Source of the DNA: Candidatus Electronema halotolerans
GTDB taxonomy: Bacteria > Desulfobacterota > Desulfobulbia > Desulfobulbales > Desulfobulbaceae
DNA: 32,000 bases
Assembly: GCA_942493095.1 (NCBI GenBank)
Contig: OW818675.1
Coordinates: 240,001-272,000, forward strand
Direction of reading: 5' to 3'
In this document: positions 25,027-32,000 of the stretch, one piece after another
Layout: each line of letters starts with the position of its first letter
How positions within the stretch are numbered: the stretch's first letter is position 1
The notes under the pieces: generated by a model
Told to the model about the DNA's origin: nothing
Seen by the model: the letters and a program-made list of their open reading frames with translations, nothing else
Database searches by the model: none
Position numbers and translations under genes: made by a program

Positions 25027-26148
25027 TCACGCCTGCCTCCTTTCATACTGCTGGCCAGGCAGCTGGCAAAGCAGCCCTTTCAGCTCCAAGCCCAGCAGCA
25101 GGCCGTGCAGTTGTCCGGCAGGCAGACCGCTTTTCGCCATCAGCTCCTCAATATCCACGGAAGCGGAGGGAGGCAGCAGCAGGAGCAGAGCTTGCTCTTC
25201 AGCAGACAGCTCCGCAGGTGCTGCGGTTCTGCTGCTGTCAGATGCCGTCGCCTTGAGCGATAGGGCAGGCAGTTCTGCGAGAATATCATCAACTGAATGA
25301 ACAAGATGCGCGCCTTGCTGGAGCAGGCGGTGGGGACCTTCACTTTGCGGCGAATCAATTCTGCCGGGCACGGCAAAGACTTCCCGGTTCTGCTCCAAGG
25401 CCATGCGGGCGGTGATCAAGGCGCCGGACCGGCCTGCCGCTTCAATAACCACTGTGCCCAAGGACAGGCCGCTGATGATCCGGTTGCGGGCGGGAAAACG
25501 GAATCCTTCCGGCGGGGTGCCGAGCGGATATTCACTGACGATCAGCCCGGCGGCGGCAACCTGCTCATAGAGCTTCTTGTGAAAGCGGGGATAGATGATG
25601 TCGATGCCGCAGCCAAGCACGGCAATGGTCCTGCCGCTGGCAGCCAGCGCGCCGGCGTGGGCTTGGCCGTCAATGCCCTCAGCCAGCCCGCTGACCACGG
25701 CAAAACCGGCCTGGACCAGCTGCCTGGCCAGAATGAAGCTGACCTTGCGGCCATAAGAGGTGGCGGAACGGGCACCGACCAAGGCGACCGCAGGCTGAGT
25801 CAGGCAGGCGGCATCACCCCGGCACCAGAGCAGCACTGGCGGGTCATGAATGGTACGGAGCAGGGAAGGGTAACAGGGATTGTCACAGGACAGGAGGAGC
25901 ACGCCGATCCGGGCGGCCCGTTCCTCCTCCTGCGCGGCCCAAGAACGAGTCTGGACAAGAAGGGCTGAATTGGTGAACAGAGCCGCCAGCCGGGGGCCGA
26001 TACCTTCCACTTGAGACACGTCCCGGCCCGCAGCCAAGACGGCTTGAGGACTGCCAAAGGCTGTGGTCAGCCGGTGAATCAGCGCGCAGCCCAAGCCGGG
26101 CAGGGCGGCAAGGGTCAGCCAGTCTCTGACCGCATCAGGTCCGGCCAT
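25027..26148 (-). CDS. dprA: DNA-processing protein DprA (Smf)
   Basis: Rossmann-like core VALVGARSATSYG...VVSGLAEGIDGQAH...AVLGCGIDIIYP...FPARNRIISGLS...VVIEAAGRSGALITA, plus a C-terminal winged-helix-like tail. Confidence 0.88.
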   Translation of the reverse strand: MAGPDAVRDWLTLAALPGLGCALIHRLTTAFGSPQAVLAAGRDVSQVEGIGPRLAALFTNSALLVQTRSWAAQEEERAARIGVLLLSCDNPCYPSLLRTIHDPPVLLWCRGDAACLTQPAVALVGARSATSYGRKVSFILARQLVQAGFAVVSGLAEGIDGQAHAGALAASGRTIAVLGCGIDIIYPRFHKKLYEQVAAAGLIVSEYPLGTPPEGFRFPARNRIISGLSLGTVVIEAAGRSGALITARMALEQNREVFAVPGRIDSPQSEGPHRLLQQGAHLVHSVDDILAELPALSLKATASDSSRTAAPAELSAEEQALLLLLPPSASVDIEELMAKSGLPAGQLHGLLLGLELKGLLCQLPGQQYERRQA

Positions 26149-26162
26149 CGGCCACAGGCCGT

Positions 26163-27698
26163 TCAGTCATAGATGAACGGCTCCAAATAGCGGCTGCGGG
26201 TGGGATGCCGGAGCTTCTTGATCGCCTGCGACTCAATCTGGCGGATGCGCTCTCTGGTCACGGCAAAATGCTGCCCAACCTCCTCCAAGGTGTGATCACA
26301 GCTCACCTCAATGCCATAGCGCAGCCGCAGGACATGCGCCTCCCGTTCGGTCAACTCGCTCATCACTTTGGCCAAGCAGCGCTTCAGGCTCTCTGTAATT
26401 GAATTGTCCTGGGGGTCAGGATTGAGTTCATCGACAAGGAAATCACTGAGCAGGGTGTCCTCCTCATCGCCCACTGGCGCGTCCAAGGAAATCGCGTCTC
26501 TGGCGGTCTTGAGAGCGGCATGAACATAATCAACATCTGTCTCAAGCTGGGCCGCCATCTCTTCCGGTGTAGGCTCGCGGCTCTCAGCCCGCTGGAATTC
26601 TCTGGTGAAACGGAGCATCCGGTTGATGGCCTCAATCATGTGCACAGGCAGACGGATGGTGCGGCCCTGATCAGCAATGCCGCGATTGATGGACTGCCTG
26701 ATCCACCATGTGGCATAGGTGGAGAATTTGTAGCCCCGGTTGTAATCGTATTTTTCCACCGCCTTCATCAGGCCGATGTTGCCTTCCTGAATCAGATCGG
26801 CAAGCTGCATGCCCCGATTGAGGAATTTTTTGGAAATGGAGATCACCAGCCGCAAATTGGCCCGGACCAGTGCTTCCTTGGCCTGCTTGGCCATCAGGCG
26901 ACCGATCTTCATTTCTGTGAACACCGCGTTGAAACCGCGACAGTCCATGCCCACCGCCTCAGCCAAGTCCAAGCTGATCCGCCGCTCCATCTCATCCAGC
27001 TCCGGCAGCTGGCCCATGTCGTGGCTGGCTCTGGCTGTCAGCAGCAGCTCCCGTCTGGCCCTGATCCGCACCTCGCGGAACTTGCTGTTGAATTCCTCCA
27101 CCGCCTTGATCACTGGCAGCAGGCTCCGGTAGCTGATCCGCCAGTGATCGAACAGAGCGGCTATCTCTGCGCCGACCTGCCGCACGGCCTCGGTGATCCG
27201 TTCCTCTTCCTGCAAGGTGCCAAGTTTGTCTTTCAAATCCTGAAACAGGGCTGTCCGTTGCTGATCAAGCAGAAACGCCTCCTCAATGGCGGCGAGAAAA
27301 TGCTCCCGGATGACGGCCAAGCCTTCATCATCATTCTCAGACACGCCATGCAGCACAGAACTGATCCGCAGCCCTCCCTGCGTCAGCCCCTGCTTCAAGC
27401 TTTCCAGCGCTTCCAGCCCGGCACTCAACTGGAGAACAGCATTTTGAATTCTGCCCTCTCCCTCCTCAATCTTTTTCGCCAGCTCAATTTCCTCATGATA
27501 GGTGAGCAGATCCAGCTCGCCCATTTCCCGAAGATAAATATTCATCGGGTCTGCGGCAAACTCTTCCCTCTCTCCCCCAGCATTCTGTTCGCTGCTGCCT
27601 TGCTCTTCTTCAGCATCTGTCGTCTCGCTGCCCGCGTCAACCGTGCTGTCGTCGTCTTCACAGATTTCTTCTGAAGACACTGCCAACTGGTTCTTCAT
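26163..27698 (-). CDS. rpoD: RNA polymerase primary sigma factor (sigma-70)
   Basis: Acidic N-terminus; region 2 [13 protein letters not shown]...[32 protein letters not shown]; region 4 ...[12 protein letters not shown]...[17 protein letters not shown]. Confidence 0.95.
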   Translation of the reverse strand: MKNQLAVSSEEICEDDDSTVDAGSETTDAEEEQGSSEQNAGGEREEFAADPMNIYLREMGELDLLTYHEEIELAKKIEEGEGRIQNAVLQLSAGLEALESLKQGLTQGGLRISSVLHGVSENDDEGLAVIREHFLAAIEEAFLLDQQRTALFQDLKDKLGTLQEEERITEAVRQVGAEIAALFDHWRISYRSLLPVIKAVEEFNSKFREVRIRARRELLLTARASHDMGQLPELDEMERRISLDLAEAVGMDCRGFNAVFTEMKIGRLMAKQAKEALVRANLRLVISISKKFLNRGMQLADLIQEGNIGLMKAVEKYDYNRGYKFSTYATWWIRQSINRGIADQGRTIRLPVHMIEAINRMLRFTREFQRAESREPTPEEMAAQLETDVDYVHAALKTARDAISLDAPVGDEEDTLLSDFLVDELNPDPQDNSITESLKRCLAKVMSELTEREAHVLRLRYGIEVSCDHTLEEVGQHFAVTRERIRQIESQAIKKLRHPTRSRYLEPFIYD

Positions 27699-27921
27699 GC
27701 CGATACCTCCTCCGTACCATCAAAAAATCCAGTTTCTGGACAAAAACAGATAGTTTTGCCCGCCCCCTCTTCCCCTGCCGCATGGCCGCTCCTGCTCAAC
27801 CCTTGCAGCTGATCTCTTGCTGTCCTTTTATTGTACAACTTTTTACATCCTTTGCATAGCTTTTTCAGACCACTCTGTGGCTTTTTTACTCAATACGAGT
27901 AATTTTTCCTCAGTCATATTT

Positions 27922-27959
27922 GCAGAACAATTTTTTTCAACAAAAAAACAATGTTCTGC
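27922..27959. promoter_or_regulatory. Long A/T-run hairpin in the dnaG-rpoD spacer
   Basis: GCAGAACA (27922-27929) pairs with TGTTCTGC (27952-27959). These arms enclose T7-CAAC-A7, which can extend the stem. Its function is unknown. Confidence 0.3.
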
Positions 27960-28030
27960 GACGCGCTGTTACTGATCCGGGCAATCTTTTTCAGGAATGG
28001 CTCTTAACAGAGGCTTGTTTCACCATCTTC

Positions 28031-29824
28031 TCAGGGTGCCACCAGAAACTGCGTCAAAAAAATTGTTCCTGCCTGCCAAAGAGTAAAAATTTTTTTCTGC
28101 AGCAAGGCGACAGTGTCCTGCTCCTGCGTCTCTTTCCGCTGCTGCCGCTGCTCTTCTATCTTGAACCAGTTGCAAAGATATTTGCAGTAATCCTGGGCCC
28201 AATCCTCGCTTTCCGGCTTGTCCTGCGCTCCAAGGAGAAGCAGATCAGCCACAAATTGTCTCTCCATGCTTCCGGGCAACGCGCCAACTAACTGCTCCGG
28301 CTGAAATGGCCCTTGTTTCGCCAAATCCTGCATGGCGGCAAGCACTGTTTTCAGGAGCGGCGCACTGCGGGCAGCGTATTCAGTCAGCCCGCCCTGCATC
28401 AATTCCTTGAAAAATTCCGGGTAGAAGAGCAGGAATTCAAGCAGCTGCCGCTCCTTGGCTGACAAGCTGGGAACCTGTGGAGGATCGTCTGCCTCCGCAA
28501 ACGGCGGCGGAGAAGGCGGGGGAGCCTCCTGGACAGGCAAATTTTTTTGATCGAAAAACAGACTGGCGGACACGTCGAGCTTGCTGCTGAAATGCGCAGC
28601 CATCAGTTCCTGCTGGGCCGGGTCAGGCGACTGCTTGATCAGCTCTTGCAGTTCGCTCATGATGCGGCTTTTGCCAGTCAGGGTGAGGCCGTGCTCCTGC
28701 ACCAGCGCATTAAAGACAAACTCCGGCAGGGGCTGGGCCGCATCAAGCAGTTTGCGGAGAGCATCCGCGCCCTGTTCACGGACAAAGCTGTCCGGGTCAG
28801 TTTCTGAGGGCAGCAAGGCCGCTTTGGCCTCCAATTGCCCGGCAAGGAAGAGCGGCACTGCCCGCCGGGCCGCCTTCAGTCCAGCGGCATCGCCGTCAAA
28901 AAGGAGCACGGTTTCCTGACAATAGCTGCGCAGGGTGCGGATATGATCACGGGTCAGGGCTGTGCCAAGAGGAGCGACCGTGTTGGCAATGCCATGCACA
29001 GCCAGCAGAAGCAGGTCAAAATTGCCTTCCACCAGCACGGCCCGGCAGCTGCGGCGGATTTGCTCCCGGTGCTGCCAGAGGCCGAAAAGAATTTTGCTTT
29101 TGCTGAAAATCAGGCTTTCCGGCGAGTTCATGTATTTTGGCTGCCCCTCGCCGAGAATGCGCCCGCCAAAGGCAGCCACGCTGCCCCGCAAGTCGCTGAT
29201 CGGAAACATGATCCGGTCGCGGAAGCGGTCATAATGGCCGCCGCTTGGTCTGGCAACAATCAGTCCGGCCTGCTCCACAGCCGCAGCAGGAAACGTGCTC
29301 CGCAGCCGCACAGCAAGGAAGTCCCATTGCGGCGGCGCATAACCAATCTGATATTTTTCAATAAAATTCGGCGGCACACCGCGCTGCTGCAAATACTGTC
29401 TGGCCGCCTCGGCCTGCGGAGACTGGCGCAGGTGTTCATGAAAAAGCCGGGCCGCCTCGGTGTTGATCTGATAAAGCAGCTCCCGCCGTTGCCGCTGCTC
29501 CCGTTCCTGCGCATTCAGCTCAGGTTCAGGCAGACTGATCTGATACCGCTGGGCAAGACTGCGCAACGCTTCAGGAAAACTGAGATGTTGATATTGTGTC
29601 AGGAAAGAGAAGACATCGCCGCTTTCGCCGCAGCCAAAACATTTATATGTCTGCCACTGCGGATTGACGGAAAAAGAAGGGGTTTTCTCGTTATGAAACG
29701 GACAAAGCCCGGTGAAATGGGCACCGGCGCGCCGGAGCTGGACGTGCTCACCGATCACTTGGACAATATCCGCTGCTGCGCGCACCCGCTCTTTGGCCTC
29801 TTCCCAAGAATGGCTGTCTGCCAT
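28031..29824 (-). CDS. dnaG: DNA primase
   Basis: CHC2 zinc finger CPFHNEKTPSFSVNP...YKCFGCGESGD, followed by a TOPRIM region (LVEGNFDLL..., LLFDGDAAG). I moved the start to the ATG at 29824 (MADSHSW). Confidence 0.92.
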   Translation of the reverse strand: MADSHSWEEAKERVRAAADIVQVIGEHVQLRRAGAHFTGLCPFHNEKTPSFSVNPQWQTYKCFGCGESGDVFSFLTQYQHLSFPEALRSLAQRYQISLPEPELNAQEREQRQRRELLYQINTEAARLFHEHLRQSPQAEAARQYLQQRGVPPNFIEKYQIGYAPPQWDFLAVRLRSTFPAAAVEQAGLIVARPSGGHYDRFRDRIMFPISDLRGSVAAFGGRILGEGQPKYMNSPESLIFSKSKILFGLWQHREQIRRSCRAVLVEGNFDLLLLAVHGIANTVAPLGTALTRDHIRTLRSYCQETVLLFDGDAAGLKAARRAVPLFLAGQLEAKAALLPSETDPDSFVREQGADALRKLLDAAQPLPEFVFNALVQEHGLTLTGKSRIMSELQELIKQSPDPAQQELMAAHFSSKLDVSASLFFDQKNLPVQEAPPPSPPPFAEADDPPQVPSLSAKERQLLEFLLFYPEFFKELMQGGLTEYAARSAPLLKTVLAAMQDLAKQGPFQPEQLVGALPGSMERQFVADLLLLGAQDKPESEDWAQDYCKYLCNWFKIEEQRQQRKETQEQDTVALLQKKIFTLWQAGTIFLTQFLVAP

Positions 29825-30064
29825 AGCAAAAGTTTGAAAAATTTGAATCGGCCAAAAGTGGTACACTACAATTGGAAAAAACGCAATACGTTTTATTGGC
29901 GGCCAGGCTGTTTTTTTTCAGCTCTCTGCCAAGGCGGCAAGGGGCGGCGCAAACAGGAGTTACGTTGCAACACCTTGAAAACATAAATGTTGCTGCTCAG
30001 TGAGCAAGGCCAGAGAGCTGCGGCAAGCGAACTGCGGCAATTTTTGGCATGACATCTTGTTTGT

Positions 30065-30865
30065 TCATCCGCTTGAACGTTGACTTGCATCGGCAAAATT
30101 CCGCACACAGCCTGCGTCATTCAACTGCAAGATGATTTCCACACATCCATGTCTGACTTCAAGATAAGAAAGCAGCGTGTAAATAATTCCAACCACGCCA
30201 AGCATTTCAAGCAACTCTTCGCTGGTGTACAGGAGGCAGTAGATTGCAGAATCATAGCCGTGCAGCTCTGCTTCTCTGCCGCCAAGCATGTCAAAAACAA
30301 CAGCTCCGATTAAATAGACAGCACCAGAAAGCATGAACAGCCTTGCTGTTCGTGCAGGCAGACCAAGAACAAATTTGATGTGGAGCAGAACAAAAAGAAC
30401 TGTCAATAAAATGTAGGGAAGAACCCAAGGGAAATACAGTAAGCCAGTCGCGTGCATATAGCCTGACACAACATCTCCTGCTGCCTCATGCAGTTCAAAG
30501 GCCTCATCTGCTGACAAGAAGAGGAAGGTGAGAAAGAGGCCAAACCAATACATGCTGTTGCGGCTGTCTGTTTTTCGTTCCAAACCTGCCAGAAGAAAAG
30601 AGAGCAGAGAACAGATCAAAATGGCGGCGGCGGAATACAATGAAGGAATGTTTCTTTCGATATCTAAATCAAACCATAAAGTGAAATCGAGCACATTCGG
30701 ATTGTCAGAGTGGAAAAATAAAAAAAGAGCGAGGCAATGGAGCAGTGTCAACAGGATGACCGTCAGCAGAAAAAGGAAGGCGGTCTTTTTGGCCTTGATC
30801 GTTATCTGCACGATCTCTGTCAGTCTGCTGTCCCGCCCAACAAGAGCGCGGGACAGTCCTTGCAA
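30065..30865 (-). CDS. Hypothetical polytopic membrane protein
   Basis: About 7 hydrophobic segments. I recognise no family. The track ORF begins with a TTG 5 nt after the upstream stop, so the start is uncertain. Confidence 0.5.
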   Translation of the reverse strand: MQGLSRALVGRDSRLTEIVQITIKAKKTAFLFLLTVILLTLLHCLALFLFFHSDNPNVLDFTLWFDLDIERNIPSLYSAAAILICSLLSFLLAGLERKTDSRNSMYWFGLFLTFLFLSADEAFELHEAAGDVVSGYMHATGLLYFPWVLPYILLTVLFVLLHIKFVLGLPARTARLFMLSGAVYLIGAVVFDMLGGREAELHGYDSAIYCLLYTSEELLEMLGVVGIIYTLLSYLEVRHGCVEIILQLNDAGCVRNFADASQRSSG

Positions 30866-30872
30866 AAAGGCT

Positions 30873-31454
30873 TCACTTTCTGCCTTTTGAGCCTTTCTCT
30901 TTCTTAGAACCCTTTTTCCACTTTGACCCTTTCTTCTTCGAGCCTTTGTTCCAATCTCCCCTCTCTCTCCAGCTTAGAGCATAGTGCCAGATAACAGCAG
31001 GAACATCTTGCCGCAGCACAATAAACCGTTTTGAGCCGGGTTTAATGCCCAAGGACAGAACAACAGCTCCCCAGCCTTTTCCTTTGTGCTGCCTGAAATG
31101 ATGAATGATTTTTTGGTACGGCTTTCCGCTCAGTCTGACAATCTGAAAGACCATGAAGATATCTGCTGGCTGCATTCTCTCCTTGGCAAACAGCAGGATG
31201 ACCTTTTCTCTGGGAACATGGAACGCCGTGCTGATATCGCCAATATATTGCTCAACGCTTCCCGCAGCGGTTCTGTTGACTTCAATCAAAAAACTGTCAA
31301 AGTCCCGGTCGCCGGTATGAGGCAGATATTGAGGATTGAGCTGGAATATCATGCCGCTGGCCGCTGGCGGCTGCTGGCGGGGAAAATCTTTTCCTTGGAC
31401 GGAATATGCGCCCAAAAGACTGATCAGCAGAATGCTGACAGCAATTTTTTTCAT
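30873..31454 (-). CDS. Hypothetical secreted protein with a Lys/Gly/Ser-rich repetitive C-terminal tail
   Basis: Signal peptide MKKIAVSILLISLLGAYSVQG. The tail is KGSKKKGSKWKKGSKKEKGSKGRK. I recognise no family. Confidence 0.55.
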   Translation of the reverse strand: MKKIAVSILLISLLGAYSVQGKDFPRQQPPAASGMIFQLNPQYLPHTGDRDFDSFLIEVNRTAAGSVEQYIGDISTAFHVPREKVILLFAKERMQPADIFMVFQIVRLSGKPYQKIIHHFRQHKGKGWGAVVLSLGIKPGSKRFIVLRQDVPAVIWHYALSWRERGDWNKGSKKKGSKWKKGSKKEKGSKGRK

Positions 31455-31733
31455 CTGTAGGCCTCCTTTTGCTTGCTTGAAAATGCACGTTGTTCACAGA
31501 ACTTATCTGTCTGACAGCAAGCTGTCAACAGCAATTTTTTCTTTCACGCCATCCAAGAAAGGATGCCGACAGACTTGCCCTGTCCTGCCTTGGAAAAAAA
31601 AGCACACTGCCTTGGAAAAACATCATTTTTTCATCTTTCTTTCATCTTGCACCGGGTAAGCTGGAAATGTAAGGAGACGGCGCAGGCATTGATCCTGCCC
31701 GAAAAACAGCAGTCTGAACAGGAGGGACTGGTC

Positions 31734-31973
31734 ATGAAAACAAAAATATTCGCAGGACTGATCAGCAGTGTTTTGCTGGCCTGTCTGTGGCTGGAGCGGT
31801 CAGCGATTGCAACTGCGGCAGGTTGTGCAGAGGCGCCTGCTGCTCCCCCCGCAGCGCAGCAGGCGGACGCAGTTCTGCGCATCATGAGCAGCACGAACAG
31901 TTCCGCGTTGGAAGATGAGGTGCCGGTTCTCCTGCTCAACTTGAGCTTGGACAAGGAGCTGCCGGGAAAATGA
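31734..31973 (+). CDS. Hypothetical small exported protein (79 aa)
   Basis: GGAGGGA lies 6 nt before the ATG at 31734. The N-terminus is hydrophobic (MKTKIFAGLISSVLLACLWL) and is followed by an Ala/Pro-rich stretch. The track ORF start at 31563 is probably an artefactual extension. Confidence 0.4.
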   Translation: MKTKIFAGLISSVLLACLWLERSAIATAAGCAEAPAAPPAAQQADAVLRIMSSTNSSALEDEVPVLLLNLSLDKELPGK

Positions 31974-32000
31974 CTCGGCAAGCAAAAAAAAGATTATCTT

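Overview
This 32 kb window is mostly housekeeping chromosome from a fairly G+C-rich Gram-negative bacterium. A Desulfobacterota-like anaerobe is my guess from gene content only. All product calls come from motifs I recognise by eye; no searches were run.

Gene order:
- Plus strand: trpA, a UbiA-family prenyltransferase, and a fused homocysteine-methyltransferase/MTHFR gene. Next come an EgtD-like methyltransferase with a betaine-type ABC transporter, then a decayed duplicate of the MTHFR 3-prime end. A strikingly AT-rich four-gene cassette follows (methyltransferase, VOC, leaderless DctP-like protein, methyltransferase), then metK, ahcY and a VanZ-like gene.
- A repeat-filled 570 bp non-coding gap lies between convergent genes.
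- Minus strand: a small orphan gene, then a lipoprotein, a radical-SAM/SPASM enzyme and a possible 39-codon Cys-containing upstream ORF. Then come pgsA, a CHASE2 adenylate/guanylate cyclase with its FecR-like partner, and a PAP2 phosphatase.
- Plus strand: tRNA-Arg(CCG) and argF.
- Minus strand: a sigma-54 response regulator, dprA, rpoD, dnaG and two uncharacterised envelope proteins.

Most worth a second look:
1. The S-adenosylmethionine (SAM)-cycle locus (Hcy-MT/MTHFR, metK, ahcY) has been split by two inserted modules rich in SAM-dependent enzymes. One module is bracketed by about 300 bp direct repeats of the MTHFR gene end.
2. A radical-SAM/SPASM enzyme carries an unexplained C-terminal extension of about 210 aa. 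It is tightly linked to a small lipoprotein and to a candidate Cys-containing precursor-like ORF.
3. A phased 23 bp tandem array is flanked by copies of a hairpin-bearing repeat family.
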